Shown one piece after another: positions 7,854 to 18,263 of a DNA stretch of 27,438 nt; the first letter of the stretch is position 1; every line of letters begins with the position of its first letter. A program made the translations under genes and the position numbers. Source of the DNA: Candidatus Dadabacteria bacterium. GTDB lineage: Bacteria; Desulfobacterota_D; UBA1144; Nemesobacterales; CSP1-2. Under the pieces are notes generated by a model. It was not told the DNA's origin and did no database searches. It saw nothing but the letters and a program-made list of their open reading frames with translations. Location: NCBI GenBank assembly GCA_040289575.1, contig PSLL01000021.1:1-27438 (forward strand), in the 5' to 3' direction.

Positions 7854-9320
7854 TTATTCTGGCAAATTAGATGGATATTTCAGATTCGAATCAATCCTGT
7901 AGTGATTCTTATCACAACACTCTACAAGTCTTACAAGCAGATTATTTTGAATCTCCTTTGCCTTCGGCCCAAGTCCGTTTGCCAGTATCGAAAAAACAAG
8001 TACATCTCCACTATTTGTAAAGAGGTATCCGGAGAGCGTGTTTACATTATTTAGATGGCCGGTCTTTGCCATAATCTTTCCTTCAACCTCTGATCTTTTG
8101 AATCTCCTCTTAAGAGTTCCATCTACCCCACCGATTGAAAGGGAGTTGAGGAATTGAGAAGAAATAAGTTGATTTTTATATGCGTACCTCAAAACATCTG
8201 TCAGGACATGGGGTGAAACTCGATTAAGCGGGGAAAGCCCGGAGCCATCAACTATCTCGAATCCGCCTTTTATACCAATCTTACTGAGGAATTCTGAGAC
8301 GACTTGTGTTCCCTTATCCCATGTTCCCGGGGTTCCTTTGAGCTGTGCTCCAAGTGTTTTGGTTATGTTTTCGCCTATGATGTTTACGCTGTTTTTGTTA
8401 TATTCGGCGATAATCAAGTAAAGAGGATCGGAAAAACTAGTATAAAAAGTCTTTGCCCACTTAGGGACCTCTCCTGTAGATACGAATCCCTCCACAGCTA
8501 TCCCGGCCTCTTCAAGAGTTTCTTTAAAAACGCTACCTGTGTATAGGGCTGGATTTCCAACTGTTAATTTGAATGTATAAGAGGAGACCCGTGGAGATAT
8601 ACTCCCCTGAACCATTACTGTTTTTCCTTCTTCGAGCCAAACTGCCATGAGCCTACTTCTTCTGTTGCTTGTAACTGCTTTATTTATAATGTTGATGTTT
8701 GCACCCTTTGGCTCCGTACTTACAATCGGAATCCTGCCGAGTCTTGATGGATAGACGTTTAGGTCAAGCGTGTTGTAGTTAAGGGAAAGCGCGCTTATTG
8801 CAGGACTATAGATGTCTCCTTCCCACTGTTTTTTCCATCCCTTTCCGTATCGAACATCATCAAAATATGAATCGTCCACAATCACTCCGCCCTTTACTCG
8901 CTTTATGCCCATTTTTCTAAATTCATCGACTACGGATCTTAAACGCTCGGTGTTGAGTGTGGGGTCTCCATAGCCCTTGATATAGAGTCCGCCGTATAGC
9001 ACGCCCTCTGAGATTTCTCCGCCTGAGTAGAATTCGGTCTTGAATCTGTATTCGGGTTTAAGGATCGAAAGGGCTGCAACAGATATTATTACCTTTGCGT
9101 TTGATGCGGGAATAAAAAGCTCGTTGGAGTTGTACTCGAATATCTTTTCGTCTGTCTTTAGGGATTTGACGAGGATTCCGAGTTTTCCGTTTTTTGATGC
9201 CCTCTTGGAAATGATTCCCGAAAGCTCTTCGAAAAGCTCAGAATTGCTTTTTGAAAAAACGATTTGACATGTAGAGAGGAGAAGAACAAACGTAAAGAAT
9301 AGGATATAGAATCTTCTCAT
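7854..9320 (-). CDS. dacB: D-Ala-D-Ala carboxypeptidase/endopeptidase (PBP4, peptidase S13)
   Basis: Signal peptide; PASNAK (SxxK), GYGDP, SVN (SxN), DGSGLS and AKTG motifs. Confidence 0.95.
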   Translation of the reverse strand: MRRFYILFFTFVLLLSTCQIVFSKSNSELFEELSGIISKRASKNGKLGILVKSLKTDEKIFEYNSNELFIPASNAKVIISVAALSILKPEYRFKTEFYSGGEISEGVLYGGLYIKGYGDPTLNTERLRSVVDEFRKMGIKRVKGGVIVDDSYFDDVRYGKGWKKQWEGDIYSPAISALSLNYNTLDLNVYPSRLGRIPIVSTEPKGANINIINKAVTSNRRSRLMAVWLEEGKTVMVQGSISPRVSSYTFKLTVGNPALYTGSVFKETLEEAGIAVEGFVSTGEVPKWAKTFYTSFSDPLYLIIAEYNKNSVNIIGENITKTLGAQLKGTPGTWDKGTQVVSEFLSKIGIKGGFEIVDGSGLSPLNRVSPHVLTDVLRYAYKNQLISSQFLNSLSIGGVDGTLKRRFKRSEVEGKIMAKTGHLNNVNTLSGYLFTNSGDVLVFSILANGLGPKAKEIQNNLLVRLVECCDKNHYRIDSNLKYPSNLPE

Positions 9321-9462
9321 ACTAGAGCAAGGATGCTAACATACATCTTAAGGGATTTCAAAGGTTTTTTAGAAAATCTTACTAAATCGCTGTCTTATGG
9401 AGAGAGGAACGTTTAAGGAGTGTCAAGTTCCACGATAGAAATGGGATCGCCACTACAATTCT

Positions 9463-12169
9463 CTAGTGTGCCTCTGCCCAGTTTTTGCCCATTCCAATGT
9501 CAACTCGGAGTGGCACTCTAAGTTTCCATGCTCCCTCCATCTCTTTTTTTATCATCCTTGGGATTTTGTCAACCTCGCTCTCGTGTATTTCAAACAAAAG
9601 CTCGTCGTGGACTTGAAGGATCATCCGGGATTTAAACCCCTTTAGTTGATTGTGGATTCTAATCATCGCGATTTTTATTATATCTGCGGCAGAACCCTGA
9701 ATGGGTGTATTAATTGCAGTGCGCTCCCCGAATCCCCTTGTTATCCTGTCTTTGGATTTGAGCTCGGGAATCGGACGGCGCCTGCCGAGTATTGTCATGG
9801 CATATCCTTGCTTTTCGGCCTCACGAAGAGATCTCTCCATGTATGCTCTTACCTTTCTATAACGCTTGAAATATTCATCTATATAACTCTTTGCAATTGT
9901 GTTTGATGTTCCAATCTGTTTTGCAAGTCCAAATGGGCTTATTCCATATATGATTCCAAAATTGATGGTCTTGGCAAGCCTTCTCATCTCAGGTGATACC
10001 AGGTCTTCGGAGACACCGAAGATCTCTGCGGCCGTACGGCTGTGAATGTCGCTTCCGGCTAAGAACGCCCCAACGAGGCTATCGTCTTCTGAGAAATGGG
10101 CAAGAAGCCTCAGTTCTATCTGAGAATAATCGGCGGAAAGCAGAATAAATCCGTCTTCGGGGACAAAAGCCTTCCTTATTCTCTTTCCCTCATGTGTTTT
10201 TATGGGAATATTCTGAAGGTTAGGCTCGCTTGAACTCAGCCTCCCGGTAGAGGTTCCGGTCTGATTAAATGACGTGTGGATCCTTCCCGTCTTGGGATTT
10301 ATGAGCTTGGGCAGGGCATCAACATAAGTGGATTTGAGTTTCGAAACCCCCCTGTACTGAAGCACCTTTTCAGGAACCGGATGGAATTTGGCAAGCTCCG
10401 CCAGAACCTCAACATCCGTAGACGCCTCTCCGGTCTTGGTCAACTTCTTCTTGGGAAGCCTCAATTTGTCAAAAAGAACCTCTCTTAATTGAATAGGGGA
10501 GTTTAAATTGAATTCGAATCCCACCTCTGAGTAAATGTCTTTGGCAATTTTTTCGAGTTCTTTTTCAAACTCAACTGACATATTCTCAAGGAGATTGGAG
10601 TCCACTTTGACACCATTGATTTCCATTCTTGCAAGAACCTCTATGAATTTGAGTTCAATGTTCTTGAACACACTGATGAGGTTTAGTTCCTCAAGTTGAG
10701 TGTTGAGTTTTTTGCTAATTATCATAGCCACGTCCGCATCTTCACAGGCGTATGTTTTTGCCTTTTCTAATTCTACTTCTTCGAAGTTTATTTTATCCCT
10801 GCCCGTTCCGGTTATGTCTTTATACGTAATCGTCTTGTGCCCTAGGTAGTACATTGCGAGCTCATCAAGGCTGTAGCTCAGCCTCGATGAATCAAGGAGA
10901 TGGGCGGCAACCATGGTATCATGGGAAATCCCTCTAAGATTGAGTCCATATCGCTCGAGTATTATGAATTCATATTTCAGATTCTGGCCTATCTTGCCTA
11001 TTGTCTCATCTTCGATTATCGGCTTTAGCTTTTGAATTACATATTTGATCTCAAGTTGCTTAGGGAGATCAATGTTTGCCGATTTATGGTTCACAGGAAC
11101 ATAATAGGCCTCGTGGGGGGCTGGCGAAAGTGCAATCCCCACAATCTCAGCTATCATGGGATCAGCAGATGTAGTTTCAAAGTCTATTGAAATTTCTTTG
11201 GTCGCTTTGATTCTTTCAATTACATTATCCAACTCTTCTTCGGATAAAACCAGATGGTAATTGTTATATGAAACTCCATTCTCTTTGGATTGGCTTGTAT
11301 TTACCCCTGATTCAGATTTAGGGGGTTCTCCTATTTCACGAATGAGGGATTTAAATTCTAGCTCTTCGAAAATCCTCCTTAGTTTTTCTTTATCAAATCC
11401 CTTATACTCGAAATCCTCGAGCCCCGTCTTTATTGGCACGTTTGTTTCTATCGTAACCAGCTTTTTACTCAAGATCGCATTTTCAATGCTCGCTTTTATA
11501 AACTCTCCCTGCTTTTTTGGGATTCTATCAATGTTTTTTAGGACCCCTTCGAGAGAGCCGAATTTGCTTATGAGTTCTGAGGCAGTCTTTTCTCCTATCC
11601 CGCGCACCCCGGGTATGTTATCCACTGTATCTCCGGAGAGTGCAAGAACATCTGTTACCCTCTCGGGTGGTACATTGAATTTTTCCATGACCTCTTTGAT
11701 TCCCATTCTCTTATTGCGCATCGTGTCAAGTAAGCTAGCCCTCTCGGATACAAGCTGGCAGAAGTCCTTATCTCCTGTAACAAAAACGACACTTACTCCG
11801 TCCTCCTCCATCCTTTTCCCTATAGTTCCCATAATATCGTCGGCTTCATATCCTTCCATCTGAATCTTTGGAATTCCAAGAGCATCAACGATCTCGAGTA
11901 TTTTGGGGATCTGAACCTTAAGCTCATCCGATGCCTCGCCCCTGTTTGCCTTATAAAGGGGGTATATGTCATCCCTAAATGTCTTGCCCTTTGAATCAAA
12001 AACAATTGCCAAGTACCTTGGCTTATAATCCTTTAGGAATTTAAAAACCATGGAGGTAAAGCCATAGATGGCGTTTGTCGGGAATCCTTTTGATGTGTGC
12101 AGGCTTCTTACGGCATGCCCTGAAGATATAGGAGCTTCCATCTATTAAGTACAAAACGACTCCATTCAT
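9463..12169 (-). CDS. polA: DNA polymerase I, with an apparent frameshift near codon 18
   Basis: 5'-3' exonuclease (EADD, TGDKD, IPGVRGIGEKTA), 3'-5' exonuclease (DFET) and polymerase motifs (SADYSQIELR, KTINFGIIYG, QVHDEL). The true N-terminus MNGVVLYLIDGSSYIFRA starts at ATG 12169 in a different frame and joins HAVRSL near 12117. Confidence 0.93.
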
Positions 12170-12177
12170 CTCATTAC

Positions 12178-12206
12178 ATTTTAGGTTTTTGCGTGAGATG
12201 TGTCAA
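12178..12206 (-). promoter_or_regulatory. Sigma-70 promoter of polA, nearly leaderless
   Basis: TTGACA (12206-12201), 17 bp spacer, TAAAAT (12183-12178), then 8 nt to ATG 12169. No SD. Confidence 0.7.
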
Positions 12207-12305
12207 AAACGCTTTTGATAAACTCTGGTAACCTTATAATCGTGCTAAATCTATGTCTAAGAGGCACACTTATCCTAAGGATAGGTAAAATCGGGAAAAG
12301 GTCGT

Positions 12306-12465
12306 CTAAACCTCTACCATCTCATTTGCCATTTTTCTATAGAAGGGAAATTTCTCAGTATGTATGAGATGAAACTCAAATAGCGCATCGGGAAACGAGA
12401 GTCTTAAATTAGAATGTATCTCTATCCTCCTTTTCAAAGTCCCTTTCTTTAAGAAATTCAAACAT
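12306..12465 (-). pseudogene. Possible internally deleted minimal nucleotidyltransferase (MNT) relic
   Basis: MFEFLKER from ATG 12465 is joined out of frame to TLKRRIEIHSNLRLSFPDALFEFHLIHTEKFPFYRKMANEMVEV*. The latter resembles MNT C-termini (FExHL...Y...xxEV). The GS...DxD core is absent. Confidence 0.35.
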
Positions 12466-12752
12466 TTTAAAAGCTTAACATAGCCAACACCATCGAGAAA
12501 GGGAAGGGAGTTTGACATGCAAAGTCAAATGCCCTAAAATGGTATTTAGGGAAAAATGTTAAAATTATCTAGATATTTCAAGCCCTTCTATGGAAAATGT
12601 AATTTTAGTGTCAACATTCATGGATAATTCTTGCAATCTCCTGAGCACGATTAAGTTGTCTATTTATTAAATAAGTGTAATTAGGATTTTATTGTCTCTA
12701 TTTGAACTCAGGTTATTAGTTGAAAACATAAGGACTACTTATAGCTTTAGAT

Positions 12753-13736
12753 ATGATAGATGAGTTAAGCATTATAAGGTCAATAAGAGAGCGGTTCAAA
12801 AGGGTATCAAAATGTATTTCATTAGGGATTGGGGATGACGCTGCGGCGGTTAGGATAAACCCCGAATGTCTCCTCCTCGTCACCACTGACTCACATGTTG
12901 AGGGCGTACATTTCCTAAAAGGGGTGATTTCTGCCGAAGACATCGGCAGAAGAGCAGTTGCTGTATCCGTTAGCGATATAGGGGCGATGGGGGGCATACC
13001 TAGATTTTTTCTCTCTTCTCTCGGATTCCCAAGGCAGGAGGATGAAGGCTTTCTAAAAGGAATAATGGACGGGTTTAAAAGGGCGGAAGATGAATTTAAT
13101 TTGGCTCTCATTGGAGGAAATCTGAGTGCATCCGAAAAACTCTTTCTCGACATAACGGTTTTAGGGGAGGTTGAACCTCATATTATGGTTAAAAGAACCG
13201 GCGCCAGGCCAGGGGATATTATTTATGTAAGCGGAACGGTCGGGGATTCGGCGCTGGGATTGAGAATTCTAAAGAGGGGGGAAAAAAATGAAAGGGAGGG
13301 CTATTTGGTTTCAAGGCATGTATCGCCTCAGCCGAGACTATCACTCGGAAGGGAGATTGCCCGGATGGGGCTCCCTACATCAATGATAGATATAAGCGAT
13401 GGACTTATCCTCGACCTTGAGCGTATAACAGTCGAACATGGGCTGGGGGCTGATATATATGTGGAGCATATACCGCTCTCTCCCAACTATAAGAACAGAA
13501 TATCCGATTTCGTGCAGGATCCATATGAACTTGCCCTCTCGGGGGGGGAGGACTATGAGCTTCTTTTTACGTCTCCTGAGGAAAAAGGGGAAGAGATAAA
13601 AGGGGTTTCAATGAAACTCGACATGAAAATTACGGAGATCGGACGTGTAACAGATAGGCCGCTCCTTAGGGTTTTGGATTCGGATGGAAGAGATATAGGG
13701 GGCAAGCACAGGGGCTTTATTCACTTCAGCGCCTAA
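12753..13736 (+). CDS. thiL: Thiamine-monophosphate kinase
   Basis: GIGDDAA, TTDSHVEGVHF, VSDIGAMGG, MIDISDGL and LSGGEDYELLFT motifs. Confidence 0.96.
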   Translation: MIDELSIIRSIRERFKRVSKCISLGIGDDAAAVRINPECLLLVTTDSHVEGVHFLKGVISAEDIGRRAVAVSVSDIGAMGGIPRFFLSSLGFPRQEDEGFLKGIMDGFKRAEDEFNLALIGGNLSASEKLFLDITVLGEVEPHIMVKRTGARPGDIIYVSGTVGDSALGLRILKRGEKNEREGYLVSRHVSPQPRLSLGREIARMGLPTSMIDISDGLILDLERITVEHGLGADIYVEHIPLSPNYKNRISDFVQDPYELALSGGEDYELLFTSPEEKGEEIKGVSMKLDMKITEIGRVTDRPLLRVLDSDGRDIGGKHRGFIHFSA

Positions 13737-13737
13737 A

Positions 13738-15087
13738 ATGAGCGATTTACCTTTAAGTTACAGCCTTTTTTTTATATTTATTCTTCTTATGCTTTCGGGC
13801 TTTTTCTCTATGTCTGAAAGTTCGCTTTTTTCACTCGGAAGACATCAGCGCCAGAGAATGAAAAAAGAGAGTAAAAAAAGTGCGACCCTGATTGAGAGGC
13901 TGCTTAAGGACCCTTACAACCTGATAATTACAATTCTTCTTATGGATGAGGTAATAAACGTCGCTTATACAAGTATGGTAGCGTCAACCGTAAGAAAGGT
14001 AATAAATAGTGCCTCCGAGGAAATAAATACATTAATCTCTATTGGGATTGCCTCTCCTAGTCTTCTCCTTCTTGGAGAGATAGGTCCAAAAACGCTTGGT
14101 GTAAAGTATCCGAGGCTCCTGTCAAGCCTTGTTTCTTATCCTCTAAACCTATTTTACATACTTATCACCCCATTTAGATGGATAATAATGGTTCTCTCAA
14201 TCGGAATCACGTGGCTTCTTAGCGGAAAGATTGAGTATGAACATAAATCCGGGTTTAATCCCGATGAGGTAAAGGCGCTGGTCGGGCTTGGGAGCGAAGA
14301 AGGGGTGGTTACAGATATTGAGAGAAAGCTCGTGGGCAGCCTTTTTAAACTGGAAGAAGTCCCGGCATATAAGATTATGACCCCGGCGATTGATTGTTTT
14401 TTTCTTCCCGCGAATATGCTCAATACAGATGCGATTTATGAGGTCAAAAAAAGAGGATTTTCAAGAATTCCTATTTATAAGGGCGATAGGGATAATATAA
14501 TTGGAATCCTCTACGCAAAAGACCTCCTTTCTGTAGCTCAGACGAATGGAACCGTACTAGAGGCTCTTGTAAGACCACCATACTTCATTCCCCGGACAAA
14601 AAGGGCTTTTGATCTATTAAGGGAGTTTCAGCAGAAGAGGGTACACATAGCGGTGGTTGTGGATGAATACGGAAGGGTAGACGGTATTATTACTATGGAG
14701 GATATTCTTGAAGAACTTTTTGGCGAGATAGAAGACGAAAGGAGGGTTGTAAAACAACCAATAATCAAAAAGGAAGGCGAAGCGATTGTTATCCGGGGAA
14801 GCATGAAGATAGATGAATTTAACGATACGCTTCTTTTTACGGTGCTCAGGTCTGGAGGGATTGAGAGCTTGGGAGACGAACTTGAAGAATCAATTCTGCC
14901 TTCCGAAGGGGACCACGAGACCGTAGGCGGGTTTGTATTCGATCTTTTTGGAAGGCTTCCCCAGGAGGGGGAGCATGTGAGGTATGGAAGAATACTCTTT
15001 ATAGCGAACAAGGTTTTTGGAAAAAGAATCACAGAGATAAAAGTCGAAAGGATAAAAGAGGAAAAAGAGGCGGTCAATGTCGCTTGA
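13738..15087 (+). CDS. HlyC/CorC family (CNNM-CBS-CorC) transporter-associated protein
   Basis: [36 protein letters not shown] and TMEDILEELFGEIEDE motifs. Confidence 0.93.
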   Translation: MSDLPLSYSLFFIFILLMLSGFFSMSESSLFSLGRHQRQRMKKESKKSATLIERLLKDPYNLIITILLMDEVINVAYTSMVASTVRKVINSASEEINTLISIGIASPSLLLLGEIGPKTLGVKYPRLLSSLVSYPLNLFYILITPFRWIIMVLSIGITWLLSGKIEYEHKSGFNPDEVKALVGLGSEEGVVTDIERKLVGSLFKLEEVPAYKIMTPAIDCFFLPANMLNTDAIYEVKKRGFSRIPIYKGDRDNIIGILYAKDLLSVAQTNGTVLEALVRPPYFIPRTKRAFDLLREFQQKRVHIAVVVDEYGRVDGIITMEDILEELFGEIEDERRVVKQPIIKKEGEAIVIRGSMKIDEFNDTLLFTVLRSGGIESLGDELEESILPSEGDHETVGGFVFDLFGRLPQEGEHVRYGRILFIANKVFGKRITEIKVERIKEEKEAVNVA

Positions 15088-16300
15088 GGTAGTCATTATA
15101 GTGGTAGCGGCTTGTCTTATTCTTCAGGCCCTATTTGCGGGTTCTGAAATCGCGCTTATTTCATGCGATAAAATAAAGCTAAAGGCCGTTGCTGAAACGG
15201 GATCAAAGAGGGCAAAGCTCGTGCTCAAATCATTCTTAGAAATTGAGCGTTTCATAAGCACAACGCTTGTCGGTATAAATCTCTCGCTTATTACGAGCAC
15301 TATTGTCCTAACATTTTACATACAAGACACGTACGGGGTAGGAAAGGAATTTTATACGGTTTTAATACTCTCTCCACTGATTGTAATCTTCGGTCAGGTG
15401 GTGCCTAAAGCCGTTTTTCAAAAAAGGGCGAACTGTATGGTTCTCTGGGTAATCTATCCGCTCTGGATTGTATCCAAAATCTTCTCCCCTATTTTATTTG
15501 TGGTAAACCTCTTTACAAAAGGGCTTCTGAAATTTATTGGTAGCACAGAAAATCCGTTTATAACAAGGGAAGAGTTGATTTACGCAATTGAGGGTGGCGG
15601 CGCGGCTCCCCAGAGTGGATACAGGGAAAAAATCATAAAACGGATATTCAGGTTTTCTGAAACAAGAACAAATGAGATTATGATTCCGCTAATTCAGGTC
15701 TGCGCCCTTAGCGAAAACACACAGGCAAGAGAGGCTGTAAAAATGATAAAGGAGACGGGGCATTCGAGAATTCCGATTTATCATGAAAGGGTGGACAATA
15801 TCACGGGAATGCTCCATGCCTTTGATCTGCTCAGCGCGAAGCCTGATGATCTTATAAAGAACTTCTCGCGCACGCCGTTTTATGTTCCTGAGACAAAGCC
15901 TGTTGATGAGCTTCTTGATGAGATGAAAAAAGGGCCCTCCGGTATGGCCGTGGTTGTGGATGAATATGGAGGAGCCGTAGGGGTCATAACCCTCGAAGAT
16001 ATTCTGGAGGAGGTAGTGGGTGAGATTGAAGATGAATACGACAAGGGCACAAGGCTATGGAGAAAAGTCGCGGAGGGCGAGTATCTGATAAATCCAAAGA
16101 TTGAGATAGAAAGGGTAAATGAAGACTTGGGGCTTGGAATTCCGGAGGGAGAGTATGATACTCTGAGCGGTTTTCTTCTTTCGGAAGAGGGCTCCATCCC
16201 CAAAGTCGGCGACGAGATCACATATAAAAACCATAAATTCATCGTAACAAAGGCATCGCTTAGGTCAATAGAAGAAGTGAAATTGGTATCGGGGAAATAA
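15077..16300 (+). CDS. HlyC/CorC family (CNNM-CBS-CorC) protein, second paralogue
   Basis: [33 protein letters not shown] and [18 protein letters not shown] motifs. Overlaps the first paralogue by 11 nt. Confidence 0.93.
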   Translation: MSLEVVIIVVAACLILQALFAGSEIALISCDKIKLKAVAETGSKRAKLVLKSFLEIERFISTTLVGINLSLITSTIVLTFYIQDTYGVGKEFYTVLILSPLIVIFGQVVPKAVFQKRANCMVLWVIYPLWIVSKIFSPILFVVNLFTKGLLKFIGSTENPFITREELIYAIEGGGAAPQSGYREKIIKRIFRFSETRTNEIMIPLIQVCALSENTQAREAVKMIKETGHSRIPIYHERVDNITGMLHAFDLLSAKPDDLIKNFSRTPFYVPETKPVDELLDEMKKGPSGMAVVVDEYGGAVGVITLEDILEEVVGEIEDEYDKGTRLWRKVAEGEYLINPKIEIERVNEDLGLGIPEGEYDTLSGFLLSEEGSIPKVGDEITYKNHKFIVTKASLRSIEEVKLVSGK

Positions 16301-16424
16301 TAGGGTTAATTATTACCATTTCATACACTGATATTTCTCTAACTGTGTCGGCTATATCAAATACTACGGGTTGCCCGTACAGTTGTTTTGATAGGCCCAG
16401 GATTTCAGATATGATTTTAGTCTA

Positions 16425-17012
16425 ATGGAAAGGCGCGCTAAGTTTGAGAGAAAAACATCGGAGGTAGAAGTCTCGGTTGATATTAACCTTGATGGAAAAG
16501 GGAATTATAAAATCGAGACCGGCATCCCTTTTTTCAATCATATGCTGTCGCAGTTTGCAAAACACGGGTACTTCGACCTATCTCTCAGTGCAAAGGGCGA
16601 TATTGATGTGGATTTTCACCATACGGTGGAAGATGTAGGGCTTTCTTTAGGTGAGGCTTTCCTTAAGGCTCTCGGAGATAAAAAAGGTATAACGAGATTT
16701 GCGGAGGCGTTTGTTCCTTTTGACGAATCTCTTGTCTTTGCATCTGTAGACCTCAGCGGAAGACCTTATTTTGTCTACCGGGTTCGCACACCCAAGAGTA
16801 AGATAGGGGATTTTGATGTAGAGCTTGGGAAAGAATTCTTTAAATCCCTTTCTACGGCCCTAAAATGCAATCTGCATATAGAGCTAAAATATGGAGACAA
16901 CCTTCACCACATAATTGAAGCTGCTTTCAAAGCCGTAGGCCGTGCCCTTGATAAGGCATCGAGAATTGACCCGCGCTCCGAGGAGGTTCCTTCAACTAAG
17001 GGAAAGTTGTAA
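16425..17012 (+). CDS. hisB: Imidazoleglycerol-phosphate dehydratase
   Basis: TGIPFFNHML, DFHHTVEDVG, NLHHIIEAAFKA and PSTKGKL motifs. Confidence 0.97.
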   Translation: MERRAKFERKTSEVEVSVDINLDGKGNYKIETGIPFFNHMLSQFAKHGYFDLSLSAKGDIDVDFHHTVEDVGLSLGEAFLKALGDKKGITRFAEAFVPFDESLVFASVDLSGRPYFVYRVRTPKSKIGDFDVELGKEFFKSLSTALKCNLHIELKYGDNLHHIIEAAFKAVGRALDKASRIDPRSEEVPSTKGKL

Positions 17013-17070
17013 TTAGCCATGAAATAAATTAATCACTTAATTCGTCTAGATTCGTTCTCATTCGGGGTTA
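17013..17070. repeat. Degenerate second copy of the ATTCG 10-bp periodic inverted repeat
   Basis: TAGCCATGAA on the left; ATTCG at 17040, 17050 and 17060, ending GGGTTA. Same layout as 1703-1781. Confidence 0.45.
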
Positions 17071-17085
17071 GGTAAAGGGAATTTG

Positions 17086-17709
17086 ATGATTTCTATAGTT
17101 GATTACGGAATGGGAAATTTAAGAAGCGTAAAAAAGGCGTTTGAGAGCCTTGGATTTTCTGTTGCTCTGACCAGAGATCCGGAAGGGATTTTAAGTTCAA
17201 GCGGACTCGTGCTTCCGGGAGTGGGGGCATTTGGGGATTGTATGAAAAACCTTGAAGAATACGGCTTATCAGAGCCGATTAGAAAATTCATATATAGTGG
17301 AAAACCGTTTTTGGGAATATGTCTAGGGCTTCAGCTTCTCTTTGAGGAGAGCGATGAATCACCGGGCATCAGGGGGCTTGGGATTCTAAAGGGGAGGGTG
17401 ATTAGATTTCCAATTAATAAAAGATTAAAGATTCCACATATGGGTTGGAATCGGGTATATATAGATTCAAAGCTCCCTATAGTGCGTGGCATTACAAGCG
17501 GGAGTTGGTTCTATTTCGTTCACTCTTATTTTCCGGAGCCTGAAGACAAAGGTATTATTGCGGGACGAACTCAATACGGAATAGAATTCACATCAGCGAT
17601 TCAGAAAGAAAACATATTTGCCTGCCAGTTTCATCCTGAAAAAAGCAGTATCATGGGGCTCAAGCTTCTTGAAAACTTTGCTTTTATTGCGGAAGGAGAG
17701 AAGGAATAG
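17086..17709 (+). CDS. hisH: Imidazole glycerol phosphate synthase, glutaminase subunit
   Basis: DYGMGNLRSV, LPGVGAF, GICLGLQ, PHMGWN, YFVHSY and QFHPEKS motifs. Confidence 0.97.
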   Translation: MISIVDYGMGNLRSVKKAFESLGFSVALTRDPEGILSSSGLVLPGVGAFGDCMKNLEEYGLSEPIRKFIYSGKPFLGICLGLQLLFEESDESPGIRGLGILKGRVIRFPINKRLKIPHMGWNRVYIDSKLPIVRGITSGSWFYFVHSYFPEPEDKGIIAGRTQYGIEFTSAIQKENIFACQFHPEKSSIMGLKLLENFAFIAEGEKE

Positions 17710-17775
17710 AAAACGGCTTCTATTTAATTGGTCCCGACCTAATTTTTGGCGAACACAAATCCAATAATTTCATTA

Positions 17776-18114
17776 TTACCCACGAGGATATGGCAACCCG
17801 TGTTTGTGGCGATGGCCTTGCATCTCCTTTTTCTGATGGGTCTTAATGCACAAATCCGAGCGGGGCCTTGCAGTACAGATTAGTATGAAACCCGCTTCTT
17901 TATCCTGCGGATAATAGCGAATAGCATCGGACTGGTCTACTTCTCCTTTAAGAAGGCGCGAGGCACAGGTAAGACAGAACCCCTGCAGGCACATAGATGG
18001 AATATCTGTATATCCTGTCTCATAAGCGACATCTAATATGTATTCGTCTTCTCCGACTTCTATGTGAGCCGTACCCATATCTGGGATAATTAGCTCGACC
18101 TTATAGGTTTTCAT
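17776..18114 (-). CDS. Plant-type 2Fe-2S ferredoxin
   Basis: C-x4-C-x2-C (CLQGFCLTC), GEVDQS and ILICTARPRSD motifs. Confidence 0.92.
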   Translation of the reverse strand: MKTYKVELIIPDMGTAHIEVGEDEYILDVAYETGYTDIPSMCLQGFCLTCASRLLKGEVDQSDAIRYYPQDKEAGFILICTARPRSDLCIKTHQKKEMQGHRHKHGLPYPRG

Positions 18115-18197
18115 TTCATTAAGGAAATTATTGGTGGAACAGCAGACTAAGGATTCTTAACGTGAGTTGTATATAAATTGGGGAATAAATCACCATA

Positions 18198-18225
18198 ATA
18201 GGGACACGTTGCAACGTGTCCCTAT
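18198..18225. repeat. Perfect 28-bp palindrome, REP-like
   Basis: ATAGGGACACGTTG|CAACGTGTCCCTAT is an exact reverse complement of itself. Confidence 0.85.
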
Positions 18226-18263
18226 ATATAGTTCAGTGTTCTCACGTCGAACTCAGATTGATT

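Noticed and set aside
12139..12141. ORF-track start of polA (MEAPISSG)
   Set aside because: The conserved N-terminus and the promoter point to ATG 12169 in another frame.
12466..12518. 70-aa ORF 12306-12518 as an intact gene, and a GATGGTGTTGGC fluoride-riboswitch-like string within it
   Set aside because: There is no SD and only the C-terminal part looks protein-like. The riboswitch pairing and pseudoknot partners are missing.
16425..17709. hisB-hisH without hisA/hisF
   Set aside because: Split his operons are common, so this is not unusual.
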